Assembly (NCBI GenBank): GCA_045531935.1
Contig: JAZSEX010000033.1
Span: forward strand, 16,294-80,293
DNA from: Acutalibacteraceae bacterium
GTDB lineage: Bacteria > Bacillota > Clostridia > Oscillospirales > Acutalibacteraceae
Reading direction: 5' to 3'
DNA: 64,000 bases
The translations under genes and the position numbers were made by a program. Shown piece after piece: positions 54,780 through 64,000 of the stretch. Position 1 is the first letter of the stretch. Every line of letters begins with the position of its first letter. Under the pieces are notes generated by a model. It did no database searches and was not told the origin of the DNA. It was given only the letters and a program-made list of their open reading frames with translations.

Positions 54780-55949
54780 TTGGAAGACATTTACGTCGGC
54801 GGCAATAAGCCCCGCCGTGACAAAAGCGGTGACACCGCACCGATTGAAACGGAAGATATTTATATAACACCCCGCAGTACTCACGAGGATATTTACATCA
54901 GCCGTAACCGTCAGACCGACAGCTACGCAGACTACGACCTTGACGAGTTTGAGAGCGGCAACTACGAAAACACACCCGAAGAAGAAGAGCCTGAGCCCGA
55001 AGAGCCGCCGAAAAAGAAGAAAAAGCGTAAAGGCAAGCTTTTCCGTACCGTACGGGCTGTTGTACTGCTTGTAATTCTGCTTGCAGGTATGGGTACGGCT
55101 CTCGTATACCACACGTTCAGCAGTGTGAATTACACCGAAACGGGACACAAAGACAACGTATTCCTTGACAGTGACACACTTATACAGAGTGCGGCAGTCA
55201 AGAACATACTGCTCATTGGTGTTGACCGCCGTAATCCCGACGACACGTCACGCTCAGACACGATGCTGATGGTATCAATCAACACAGCAACGAAAAAAAT
55301 CAAGCTGACGTCATTTATGCGTGACAGCTACGTATACATTCCCGAAAAGAAAAAAAGTGCCAAGCTCAACGCCGCCTGCACATGGGGCGGTGCACAGATG
55401 GTAATGGACACCATCGAATACAACTTCAACGTTAAGATTGACCACTATATGCTTGTTGATTTTACGATGTTTGAAAGTATTATTGACGGACTTGGCGGAG
55501 TTACTGTAGAAATTACGGAAAAAGAGGCAAAATATATGCGTGACGCAGTTCACCTGACAAACATCAAGGCAGGTGAAGCAGTACATCTCAACGGCAAAGA
55601 GGCACTGTGGTACTGCCGCATACGCAAGCTCGATTCCGACTTTATGCGCACCGAAAGACAGCGTAAGGTAATGACGGCAATTATCGGCAACTGCAAAAGC
55701 ACAAGCCCTGCAAAGCTGTACGAAATTCTCGGCGACGTTGTAAGCCGTGTTGAAACAGATATGTCACCTGCATCACTTACGGGGCTTGCAATAAACGGAT
55801 TGCTCAGATACCTGCACTATGATATAGAGCAAGGCAGTGTACCTGCAGAGGGCACATGGAAGAGCAAGAGTGTTTCCGGACAGTCTGTGCTCAGCATTGA
55901 CCTCGGAGCTAACATAGCTTACTTAAAAGAGTTTATATACGAAGAATAA
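54780..55949 (+). CDS. LytR-CpsA-Psr (LCP) family cell-envelope glycopolymer transferase
   Basis: ILLIGVDRR ... RSDTMLMVSIN ... SFMRDSYV core. TTG 54780 with AAAGGA 8 nt upstream is preferred, because the track start 54744 lies inside rnpB. One TM segment follows a charged tail. Confidence 0.8.
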   Translation: MEDIYVGGNKPRRDKSGDTAPIETEDIYITPRSTHEDIYISRNRQTDSYADYDLDEFESGNYENTPEEEEPEPEEPPKKKKKRKGKLFRTVRAVVLLVILLAGMGTALVYHTFSSVNYTETGHKDNVFLDSDTLIQSAAVKNILLIGVDRRNPDDTSRSDTMLMVSINTATKKIKLTSFMRDSYVYIPEKKKSAKLNAACTWGGAQMVMDTIEYNFNVKIDHYMLVDFTMFESIIDGLGGVTVEITEKEAKYMRDAVHLTNIKAGEAVHLNGKEALWYCRIRKLDSDFMRTERQRKVMTAIIGNCKSTSPAKLYEILGDVVSRVETDMSPASLTGLAINGLLRYLHYDIEQGSVPAEGTWKSKSVSGQSVLSIDLGANIAYLKEFIYEE

Positions 55950-55967
55950 TTTCAGGGAGAGATGATT

Positions 55968-57368
55968 ATGAAAAAGTTTATGGGTGAGGATTTCCTCCTT
56001 AACAACCCTGCGGCAATCGAGCTTTTTGCAGCCGCAAACGAAATGCCTATTTTTGACTGGCACTGTCATCTTTCACCAAAAGAGATTTACGAAAACAAGC
56101 AGCCTTCCGATATCGCATGGCTGATGCTTGCAGGCGACCACTACAAGTGGCGTGCGATGCGTTCATTCGGAATTGACGAAAAATACATTACGGGCGATGC
56201 AAGCTGGCACGACAAGTTTGTTGCATACGCAACAATGCTCGCTTACGCACCCGGTAACCCGCTTTATCACTGGACTCACCTTGAGCTTCAGCGTTACTTC
56301 GGCATTGACACACCCCTGAGTGCAAAAACCGCTGAAGAGATATGGGAAAAAGCAAACGCAAAAATAGCAGAGGGCGGCTTTACTCCCCGTGAGCTTATAG
56401 CACGCTCCAACGTTGCCTGCGTTTATACTACTGATGACCCTGCAGATTCACTCGAATACCACGTACTTCTTGCTCAGGATGATAGTTTCAAAACAAAGGT
56501 TATACCTGCTTTCCGTCCCGACAAGGCTCTTTCAATCGAGCTTCCCTCATTTATTCCGTGGCTTGCTTCACTTGAGGACAGAGTAGGCAGAAAAATCGAG
56601 AGCTACACAGCACTTGAAGAGGCTCTGCTTGAAAGAATTGAGGCGTTTGCAAAGATGGGCTGCCGTGCAAGCGACCACGCATTCACATACGTACCCTATG
56701 CAGAGGCTACTGCAGACGAGCTTGAGGCTATATTCCAGAAGGGCAGACTCGGCGGTGAATTCACACAGCGCGAGCTTGACGCATACCGCACAGCACTGCT
56801 TCGCACAATGGCTAAGGAATACGCACGCAGAGGCTGGGCAATGGAGCTTCATATGGGCCCGATGCGTAACAACAACACACTTATGTTCAACAAAATCGGC
56901 CCTGACACGGGCTTTGACTCAATAGACGACAAGGAGATTGCACAGCCGCTTTCACGCTTCCTCGACAGCCTTGCCAAAGAGGAGCTTCTGCCACGTACAA
57001 TCCTCTTCACACTTAACCCGAAGGACAATTACGTACTCGGCACAATGCTCGGCAACTTCCAGAATTCCGATGCACCCGGTAAGATTCAGTTCGGCAGCGG
57101 CTGGTGGTTTAACGATAACCTCGACGGTATGCGTGAGCAGATGAAGGCTTTCGGCAACCTCTCTGTGCTCGGCAAGTTTGTCGGTATGGTTACAGACTCA
57201 CGCTCCTTCCTCTCCTACCCCAGACACGAGTATTTCCGCCGTATTCTCTGCGGTCTGCTCGGTGATATGGTTGAGGACGGACTGTATCCCAACGATATGG
57301 AAACCCTCAAACAGCTTGTGCAGGATGTTTCCTACAACAACGCCGCAAAATACTTCGGATTGGAGTAA
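55968..57368 (+). CDS. uxaC: glucuronate isomerase
   Basis: MKKFMGEDFLL ... PIFDWHCHLSP N-terminus typical of UxaC. The second ATG (55968) has better spacing to GGGAGAG than 55962. Confidence 0.9.
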   Translation: MKKFMGEDFLLNNPAAIELFAAANEMPIFDWHCHLSPKEIYENKQPSDIAWLMLAGDHYKWRAMRSFGIDEKYITGDASWHDKFVAYATMLAYAPGNPLYHWTHLELQRYFGIDTPLSAKTAEEIWEKANAKIAEGGFTPRELIARSNVACVYTTDDPADSLEYHVLLAQDDSFKTKVIPAFRPDKALSIELPSFIPWLASLEDRVGRKIESYTALEEALLERIEAFAKMGCRASDHAFTYVPYAEATADELEAIFQKGRLGGEFTQRELDAYRTALLRTMAKEYARRGWAMELHMGPMRNNNTLMFNKIGPDTGFDSIDDKEIAQPLSRFLDSLAKEELLPRTILFTLNPKDNYVLGTMLGNFQNSDAPGKIQFGSGWWFNDNLDGMREQMKAFGNLSVLGKFVGMVTDSRSFLSYPRHEYFRRILCGLLGDMVEDGLYPNDMETLKQLVQDVSYNNAAKYFGLE

Positions 57369-57374
57369 GATAAG

Positions 57375-58481
57375 ATGAACAGAAAATTCAAAGGTATTGA
57401 CGTTGAAGTTTTTCCGCTTGGCTTCGGCTGCATGAGATTCCCCGAAAAGGGCGGAAAGATTGACCGCAAGACCTCGACAGAAATGATCCGCCACGCTATT
57501 GACGAGGGCGTAAACTACGTTGACACAGCATACTATTATCACGACCAGGAAAGTGAAGAATTTGTGGGTGAAGCACTCGGCGACGGTTACCGTGAGAGAG
57601 TTTACCTTGCAACAAAGTGCCCCGTATACGACCTGACAGACGAAATTACTTTTGAGCAGAGACTTGAGACCCAGCTTGAAAGACTTAAGACAGACCACAT
57701 TGATTTCTACCTTCTTCACACACTCAACAAGGACCTGTGGAATAACAAGGTGCTCAAATACAACGTTATAGACAGTATGGTCAAGGCAAGAGAAGAGGGT
57801 AAGATAAAATATCTTGGCTTCTCATTCCACGATGACGTTGACCTTTTCAAAGAGATTGTTGATTACTTTGACTGGGATTTCTGCCAGATTCAGCTCAACT
57901 ACGTTGACACAAAGCATCAGGCTGGTATTGAGGGACTTGAATACGCTTACGCCAAGGGTATGAGCTGTATTATTATGGAGCCTCTCAGAGGCGGCAGACT
58001 TGTAAAAGGCTTGCCAGAGAGAGTCAGAAACGTACTGCCCAAGAAGAAGAGCAAGGTTGAACTTGCGCTCGACTACCTCTGGGACAGAGAAGAGGTTTCG
58101 GTTGTGCTCAGCGGTATGAGCACCCCGAAGCAGGTTGAAGACAACCTCCGCTACGCAAAGAGAAGCAGCGTCGGTATGCTTACACCCTACGAGAGAAAGG
58201 CACTCAGCAATGCTGACGAGCTTTGGCACACAATGCCGCTTGTAGGCTGCACGGGCTGTGAATACTGTATGCCCTGCCCCTTCGGTGTTGACATTCCCGG
58301 TTGCTTCACTGCATACAACTCGACCGTTTACAAAGGCGGCAGAAGTGCAAAGGAAGCATACGGTGCACTTGAGGGCAAGGCTGACCTCTGCCGTGCGTGC
58401 GGCAAATGCAAGCCCTCGTGTCCGCAGAGTATTGATATACCCGGCGAGCTTAAAAAGATTACAGAAACATTTAAAGACTGA
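57375..58481 (+). CDS. aldo/keto reductase with a C-terminal Cys-rich (4Fe-4S-type) extension
   Basis: AKR motifs (GFGCMRF, VNYVDTAYYY, DFYLLH) and a C-terminal CTGCEYCMPCP ... CRACGKCKPSCP. Confidence 0.8.
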   Translation: MNRKFKGIDVEVFPLGFGCMRFPEKGGKIDRKTSTEMIRHAIDEGVNYVDTAYYYHDQESEEFVGEALGDGYRERVYLATKCPVYDLTDEITFEQRLETQLERLKTDHIDFYLLHTLNKDLWNNKVLKYNVIDSMVKAREEGKIKYLGFSFHDDVDLFKEIVDYFDWDFCQIQLNYVDTKHQAGIEGLEYAYAKGMSCIIMEPLRGGRLVKGLPERVRNVLPKKKSKVELALDYLWDREEVSVVLSGMSTPKQVEDNLRYAKRSSVGMLTPYERKALSNADELWHTMPLVGCTGCEYCMPCPFGVDIPGCFTAYNSTVYKGGRSAKEAYGALEGKADLCRACGKCKPSCPQSIDIPGELKKITETFKD

Positions 58482-58488
58482 TAAAAAC

Positions 58489-58525
58489 AAGCCGATGACT
58501 GCAACAAACAGTTATCGGCTTTTAT
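58489..58525 (+). terminator. rho-independent terminator
   Basis: AAGCCGAT ... ATCGGCTT followed by TTTAT. Confidence 0.65.
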
Positions 58526-58532
58526 ATTAATC

Positions 58533-58576
58533 AAAAAAAGACCGCTACCTCTGTGGTAACGGTCTTTAAGTTTTTT
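58533..58576. terminator. bidirectional terminator-like hairpin serving the minus-strand gene at 58582
   Basis: AAAGACCG ... CGGTCTTT flanked by A7 and T6 runs. Confidence 0.6.
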
Positions 58577-58581
58577 GTTAA

Positions 58582-59382
58582 TTATTCAGCAGCAACTGCT
58601 TCCTCTGCGGGAGCCTCTTCTTCAGCCTCACCGTATGTGGGGAGCTCAGTGTACTTGACAACGATGGGATTCTTGACCATAGTTGCGTTAACAATGATAA
58701 CCGGAATATGAAGAGCAGCTGTAACGAAAATGCCGATACCGAGGTTTGCCTCGATAAATGTCGGGAAGATTGCGTTGATACCGCTACCGAATACATCAAA
58801 TACGATACCTGCTGCGATAATAAGTACCATGCTGAGAACGCTGACAATTATGTTCTTCTTGCAGGAAGAAGCCTTGGATGAGCAGAAGTTTCTGCCGAAA
58901 TTGAGAATGCCCATAACAATAGAAAGAGCAAGCAGAACGATTGATGCAGCAAACAGAATGAACGGTGTGCCGACAAGGTCGGAACCGATAACACCGAGAA
59001 GGCCGTTTACATCAAAATAATTCATAAAGAACTCAACAACAGTAACCATATTGACGTTGATTACATTGTCGCCGTAGTAGGGTATGTTGGAAAGATTGAT
59101 TGTAGCAAGGGAAAGAGCCGGGAGAAGCAGACCGAGAACAAGACCGATAGCCGGAATTATTGAGAGGATAATTCTTGCAATCTGACGCTTGCCGCCGATT
59201 GATGAAGCCTTGAAGCGGTCGAGACCCTTCTGGAATTTTGCGTGCTCTGCTTCAGCCTTTTCTGCATCGGCAAGAAGACGCTCTTCCATACCGTAGTAAA
59301 CCATATTTACGCCGCACTTGGGACACTCGGGACGCCAGTCTGTAAGTTTGAGCTTGGCATTACATTTTGGACAGTTAGCCAT
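58582..59382 (-). CDS. membrane protein with an N-terminal zinc-ribbon
   Basis: The ATG at 59382 has GGAGG upstream. CPKC-x13-CPKC zinc ribbon, then 5-6 TM segments. Confidence 0.65.
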   Translation of the reverse strand: MANCPKCNAKLKLTDWRPECPKCGVNMVYYGMEERLLADAEKAEAEHAKFQKGLDRFKASSIGGKRQIARIILSIIPAIGLVLGLLLPALSLATINLSNIPYYGDNVINVNMVTVVEFFMNYFDVNGLLGVIGSDLVGTPFILFAASIVLLALSIVMGILNFGRNFCSSKASSCKKNIIVSVLSMVLIIAAGIVFDVFGSGINAIFPTFIEANLGIGIFVTAALHIPVIIVNATMVKNPIVVKYTELPTYGEAEEEAPAEEAVAAE

Positions 59383-59509
59383 ATCTGTTCCTCCGTTTTG
59401 TATGTTTTTGCGCACTAACACGCACTTACTATTTTAGTATTATTTATATTAGCATAAAACTTGAACAAAATCAACACATTTTTATGTATTTTTATTATAA
59501 TGTTATATT

Positions 59510-60244
59510 TTAAACGATGAAACCGCCGTCAACACCGAGAATCTGACCCGTAATAAATGACGCTTTATCGGATGCAAGGAAGACTGCCGCATGTGCAACC
59601 TCCTCAGGCTCACCTATACGGCAAAGGGGAGTTTCATCGCTGAGGACAGCCATATCGGCTTCTGTCAGGTTTTTATTCATCTTTGTGTTTATTACACCGG
59701 GTGCTATGCAGTTGACCGTAATTCCGCTGGGGCCGACCTCCTTGGCAAGTGCCTTGGTAAAGCCTATTACAGCCGCCTTTGATGCAGAATAGAGCACCTC
59801 GCACGATGCACCGCTGACGCCCCACATTGAAGAGACGTTTATTATTCTGCCGCTTTTACGGCGAATCATAGCAGGAAGTGCGGCGCGGCAACAGTTGACC
59901 GTACCGAGGGTATTGACACCGAAAACAAAATCGTAATCGGCAAGAGTTGTATCGGTAAACAGCTTCTGCTGTGAAACACCTGCGTTATTTACAAGCACTT
60001 CAACTTCACCGAGCTGAGCCTCGATATCGGCAAACATTCTGTTTACCTGAGCCTCGTCACGCAGATCTGCCGAAACACAAACAGCCTCACAGCCGTTGCC
60101 GTGAAGCTCGTCAGCAAGTTTATTTGCCGCCGCTTCATCAGAATTGTAATGAACGGCAACCTTGTACCCTGAAGCGGCAAAAAGCCGCACACAGGCGCCC
60201 CCGATTCCACCGGAAGCACCTGTGATAAGAACGGTTTTACTCAC
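59510..60244 (-). CDS. short-chain dehydrogenase/reductase (FabG-like 3-oxoacyl reductase)
   Basis: TGASGGIG, NNAG and YSASKAA motifs. GTG start. Confidence 0.85.
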   Translation of the reverse strand: MSKTVLITGASGGIGGACVRLFAASGYKVAVHYNSDEAAANKLADELHGNGCEAVCVSADLRDEAQVNRMFADIEAQLGEVEVLVNNAGVSQQKLFTDTTLADYDFVFGVNTLGTVNCCRAALPAMIRRKSGRIINVSSMWGVSGASCEVLYSASKAAVIGFTKALAKEVGPSGITVNCIAPGVINTKMNKNLTEADMAVLSDETPLCRIGEPEEVAHAAVFLASDKASFITGQILGVDGGFIV

Positions 60245-60245
60245 G

Positions 60246-61193
60246 TCAGCTTATACCCATACTGCCCATAAAGCCCTGGAGAGCTTCTTCTGTGAGAGGC
60301 TTATAGCCCTTGGGAACTTCGAAAATACTGTCTTTGACCTTGGATGAGCACTCGTTTACCTTGAAGATACTTGTTGTACCGTCGGGAGCGATAAACTCAA
60401 TACGCTTGAGCTCATCCTTCTTGTTGAAGTAGTACTTATTGATGTTCTGACCGTCGGAATAAGACTCGCAGACATACTCGTTACCCTTGATTTTGACGTT
60501 TGTTGTCTCAATATACTCCATAGTTTCGGAGCCGATGGTATCCCACATACCGAGAGCCTCGTCCATAACGCCTGTGTCGCCGCCTTCAACGGGCTGTGAG
60601 AAGTAATACTTGGTTGCGGGAAGGATAAGGTGGACGTTCTTGCCGTCGTAAGCCATACGCATTGTTGTAACACCCATAGGCATTTCCATAGCAACACGTG
60701 AATCCTTCATATAGAGCTTGATTGAAACACCGGTGTCTACAATACCGAAGTTTTCACTCGTGACAACCATACCGTTGATATAGAATGCCTTGCTCTTTGC
60801 TGTGGATTTTGTAATCTTGTCGAGCTTACAGTCTTCGGGTCTGCCGTCCTTATCGATTTCGACCTCAACCTTTTCACCCTCGGGGAAGGTAACATCCTCA
60901 TAGGTTGTTGTACCCTCTGTTGTGCCCTGTGAATTTGTAGGTGCATCTACAGCCTGGTCAGGCTCTGTTACAAGCTTTGTGACGGTAACAACCTTTGTTT
61001 CACCGTCGGAACCGATAACAGGCTCACCTGCGGCATCGGTTACGACCTCAGTTACCTGCTCGTAAATCAAGCCGTCATCCGTAAGGATTGTGGGGTTGGT
61101 GACATCGTCTTCGCCGTTGCCGTTACAAGCCGCAAAAGCAAACAGCACGACAGCGAGAGAAGCCAGAATTGCGATAATGTTTCTCTTTTTCAC
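60246..61193 (-). CDS. lipoprotein of unknown function
   Basis: Lipobox LFAFAACNG after a signal peptide. No recognised domain. Confidence 0.7.
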   Translation of the reverse strand: MKKRNIIAILASLAVVLFAFAACNGNGEDDVTNPTILTDDGLIYEQVTEVVTDAAGEPVIGSDGETKVVTVTKLVTEPDQAVDAPTNSQGTTEGTTTYEDVTFPEGEKVEVEIDKDGRPEDCKLDKITKSTAKSKAFYINGMVVTSENFGIVDTGVSIKLYMKDSRVAMEMPMGVTTMRMAYDGKNVHLILPATKYYFSQPVEGGDTGVMDEALGMWDTIGSETMEYIETTNVKIKGNEYVCESYSDGQNINKYYFNKKDELKRIEFIAPDGTTSIFKVNECSSKVKDSIFEVPKGYKPLTEEALQGFMGSMGIS

Positions 61194-61282
61194 TTATGTA
61201 TCCTCCTTTTTAAGATAAAAGTGTATTTTTATAATAACTTAATTCCATCTGTTTTGTCAAGTAAGGGCAGATAATGGCAGAA

Positions 61283-62701
61283 TCAGTCGTCCTGCTCATC
61301 TTTATTGCGACGCCTTACAAGACGGTAAGGCTGCTCATCATCTTCTTCGTCCTCTTCTTTTTCTACGGGACGGATTTCGACCTTGAGTTTACCTATACGC
61401 TTATCCTCAAGGTTGAGGATTGTGAAGTGAAGATTCTCATAATCGAGCTCATTCATTTCACCGTCCTGCGGCAAATAGCCGAGAAGGCTGATTACAAAGC
61501 CGCCGATTGTATCGTACTCGTCATCGGGAAGATCAACACCGACATGCTCGTTGACTTCGTCGATAGAAGTAGTACCGTCAACGGTAAACGTTGTTTCGTC
61601 GATAACGGAAAATTCTTCTTCCTCGTTATCGTACTCATCCTGGATATTACCGACGATTGACTCGACAAGGTCTTCAAGAGTGACAATGCCTGCAGTACCG
61701 CCGTATTCGTCAACAACAACAGCCATCTGTACACGGCGTGCCGTCATCTCCTGGAAGAGCATACCGCACTTCATTGACTCGGGTACAAAATACGGCTCAC
61801 GCATAATTTTACGAAGACTCTCCTGCTTAGGAACAGACGAGCCGATATAACCGATAAGGTCTTTGATATAGACAATACCGATGATTTTATCGAGACTTTC
61901 TTCGTAGACGGGAATTCGGGAATAGCCTTCCTTCTCCGCAATTTCAACAACATCCTGAATCGGGTCATTGATTTCGACAGCCGAAACATCGGTACGGTGA
62001 GTCATAATATCACCTGCATCGATATCGTCAAACTCAAATATGTTGTTTATCATTTCCTTCTGGGTATCCTCAATAACACCCTTCTCGCCGCCGACGTCAA
62101 CCATCATACGGATTTCTTCCTCGGTAACCTCTTCAGGCTCTGAATTGGGGTCGATGCCCATAAGCCTGAGAATGGCATTCATCGAAAGTGAGAGCACCTT
62201 TACAAACGGCTTTGTAACCGTTGCGACAAAGGTGAGCACGCCTGCAATACGGAATGATATCTTCTCGGGATTATACATAGCGACACGCTTGGGAACAAGC
62301 TCGCCGAGTACAAGCGAGAAATAAGACGTGATAAGCGTAATTACAACAAGGCTGAAGCCTTCGACTACCGACATAGGTATGTTGATTCTGCTTGCTACGC
62401 CGCTGAGAGCACCCGAAAGCAGCTCGACAAAGCTCTGTGAAGCAGATGCCGAAGAAAGGAAGCCGGCGAGAGTAACGCCTATCTGGATTGTTGAGAGGAA
62501 ATTGCTGGGGTTGCTTGTAAGCTTAAGAAGTTTTTTAGCCTTTTTGTTGCCCTCCTGTGCCTGCTTTTCAAGCTTGGCATCGTTAAGGGAAATGATTGCT
62601 ATTTCGCTCATTGCAAAAAACGCATTGATAAGAATAAGAACTAAAAGCAATACGATTTTGAGAACAAGTGAAGTTGCAGTATTAGGCCCGGGGTCGTCCA
62701 T
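61283..62701 (-). CDS. CNNM/TlyC-family (DUF21-CBS-CorC_HlyC) membrane protein
   Basis: N-terminal DUF21-like TM region (FFAMSEIAIISL), a CBS pair and a C-terminal transporter-associated domain, ending in an acidic tail. Confidence 0.85.
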   Translation of the reverse strand: MDDPGPNTATSLVLKIVLLLVLILINAFFAMSEIAIISLNDAKLEKQAQEGNKKAKKLLKLTSNPSNFLSTIQIGVTLAGFLSSASASQSFVELLSGALSGVASRINIPMSVVEGFSLVVITLITSYFSLVLGELVPKRVAMYNPEKISFRIAGVLTFVATVTKPFVKVLSLSMNAILRLMGIDPNSEPEEVTEEEIRMMVDVGGEKGVIEDTQKEMINNIFEFDDIDAGDIMTHRTDVSAVEINDPIQDVVEIAEKEGYSRIPVYEESLDKIIGIVYIKDLIGYIGSSVPKQESLRKIMREPYFVPESMKCGMLFQEMTARRVQMAVVVDEYGGTAGIVTLEDLVESIVGNIQDEYDNEEEEFSVIDETTFTVDGTTSIDEVNEHVGVDLPDDEYDTIGGFVISLLGYLPQDGEMNELDYENLHFTILNLEDKRIGKLKVEIRPVEKEEDEEDDEQPYRLVRRRNKDEQDD

Positions 62702-62923
62702 TTCAGACTTTCTCCTTTCAAATTGCGGTTTTACCGCCTTTAATAATTATAATATTATTAAACATCTATTATATAGATGGTTTAATCGTGGTATTATTGC
62801 ACCGAAGGTGCATATCGAATCGAAGATATATCGCAAATCCAAAAGGATTTTACCTATAACTTTTGTCGATATTTGACCTTACGGTCAATCGATATATTTT
62901 GTTTCACAAAATTAGATATAAAT

Positions 62924-64000
62924 TCACTTTCGTTCGGTTGAGATATACACTCTGGGCACACGCTTTGTTATATCGCAGACGTACTCGTAGTTGAAGCTGC
63001 CTGCAGTTTTGGCAAGCTCCTCAACAGTGAGCCGCTGTTTGCCGTCTGTACCGACTATAGTTACCTCATCGCCCTGCTTGACACCGGGGATATCGGTAAC
63101 GTCAACCATAAACTGGTCCATACATACTCTGCCTATAACCGGAGCACTGTGACCGTTAATGAGCACCCTGCCCTTATTTGTAAGCAGACGCGGATAGCAG
63201 TCGCCGTAGCCGCAGGGTATTGTGGCAACAAGTGTTTCACGCTTTGCCATAAATGCCGCACCGTAGCCGACTGTGTCGCCCTCATGAACTTTTTTGATAT
63301 AAGCGACATGGCTTTTAATCTGCATTACGGGAGTAGTCGGCAGATTTTCAAACTTAACCTCGTCTGACGGGTCGAGACCGTAGGTAACGATACCGCATCG
63401 CACCATATCGAAACAACCGCCGTCAAAATCCATAATAGCGGCAGAGTTATAGAGATGACGCAGAGGAATATGCACACCTGCCTGCTCAATACGCTCGGTA
63501 AAGCTTTCGAAAAGCTCACGCTGTTTATTTGCAAAGCTCTTGTCGGCAAAGTCAGCACAGGCAAGGTGAGAGAAAACGCCCTTGATATTGATGCCGTCAA
63601 GAGAAGCGATCTGCTTTATCTCCTCAAGGCTTTCGTCGCACGGGATAAGACCGATTCGGTGCATACCCGTATCAAGCTTGATATGGACACCCGCTTTTTT
63701 ACCGAGCCTGAGTGCCGTATCGGAGAGCTGCTTTGCTGTTTCATACTGAAAAACGGTAAGGTCTATACCGTTAAGAATTGCAGCCTCAAACAGCTCGGGG
63801 AATGCGTAGCTGAGCACAAGAATCGGCTTTTTTATACCGCTTGTGCGAAGCTGCAGACCCTCTTCTACAGTGGCAACACCGTAGGCATAGGCACAGCTGT
63901 CCTCAAGAGCCTTTGCAATCGGCACTGCACCGTGACCGTAAGCATCAGCCTTGAGAATTACCATTACCTTGACATCATCACCGACTCTTGACTGTACGGC
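62924..64000 (-). CDS. alr: alanine racemase (N-terminus truncated by the window edge)
   Basis: KADAYGHG PLP-lysine motif. The frame stays open upstream of the track Met to position 64000 (AVQSRVGDDVKVMVILKADAYGHG). Confidence 0.9.
   Translation of the reverse strand, partial: AVQSRVGDDVKVMVILKADAYGHGAVPIAKALEDSCAYAYGVATVEEGLQLRTSGIKKPILVLSYAFPELFEAAILNGIDLTVFQYETAKQLSDTALRLGKKAGVHIKLDTGMHRIGLIPCDESLEEIKQIASLDGINIKGVFSHLACADFADKSFANKQRELFESFTERIEQAGVHIPLRHLYNSAAIMDFDGGCFDMVRCGIVTYGLDPSDEVKFENLPTTPVMQIKSHVAYIKKVHEGDTVGYGAAFMAKRETLVATIPCGYGDCYPRLLTNKGRVLINGHSAPVIGRVCMDQFMVDVTDIPGVKQGDEVTIVGTDGKQRLTVEELAKTAGSFNYEYVCDITKRVPRVYISTERK

Noticed and set aside
54469-54808. ORFs 54469-54687 (-) and 54557-54808 (+), and the TTG 54744 start of the LCP ORF.
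   Set aside because: They overlap the RNase P RNA gene, whose conserved P4 strands and P1 closure are unambiguous.
57198-58490. 173-aa and 222-aa minus-strand ORFs.
   Set aside because: They are antisense to uxaC and the aldo/keto reductase gene, with no RBS and no motifs.

Overview
This is a 64-kb chromosomal window that looks like a clostridial-type Firmicute. That assignment is an inference from the rimP-nusA-ylxR-infB-rbfA-nrnA-truB-ribF gene order, a type-A RNase P RNA, a T-box leader and TTGACA/TATAAT-type promoters. Contents, left to right: (1) a truncated T-box leader on the minus strand whose regulated gene is off-window; (2) a zur-znuA-znuC metal-uptake operon with no permease gene; (3) maf, translationally coupled to a secreted protein made of two tandem EEP phosphoesterase domains; (4) one uninterrupted 13.9-kb gene (4721-18595, minus) for a ~4,624-aa secreted protein. 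It has an N-terminal metallophosphoesterase head, many FIVAR-like helical modules and C-terminal Listeria/Bacteroides-type repeats, and is preceded by a ~545-nt hairpin-rich leader and a ~450-bp G-poor spacer; (5) dCMP deaminase plus a coupled unknown ORF; (6) an OmpR-type regulator and histidine kinase next to a membrane-anchored GH88/105-like protein; (7) a ~17-kb exopolysaccharide locus. It holds a CapD-like dehydratase, three paralogous GT4, two GT2, a GT32, an EpsG-type polymerase, a pyruvyl transferase, a PI-PLC-like phosphodiesterase, a PfkB kinase, a Gfo/Idh/MocA oxidoreductase, a GtrB-like polyprenyl-P glycosyltransferase, a QueG-like Fe-S protein and a secreted 646-aa protein. No priming transferase, flippase or chain-length regulator is recognisable in it; (8) the conserved rimP-to-ribF operon; (9) a TVP38-family membrane protein, a P-type Ca-type ATPase, rnpB, an LCP protein, uxaC, an Fe-S aldo/keto reductase, membrane and lipoproteins, a CNNM/TlyC protein and a truncated alr. 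No rRNA, tRNA, CRISPR array, transposase, integrase or phage gene was recognised. The most unusual items are the giant phosphoesterase-headed protein with its structured leader and its neighbouring tandem-EEP protein, an orientation-switching array of CAAATCAT(G) motifs inside the polysaccharide locus, the PI-PLC/PfkB/Gfo module with the GtrB-QueG-like pair, and a nested inverted-repeat element downstream of ribF. All functional calls rest on motifs read by eye; no database search was run.
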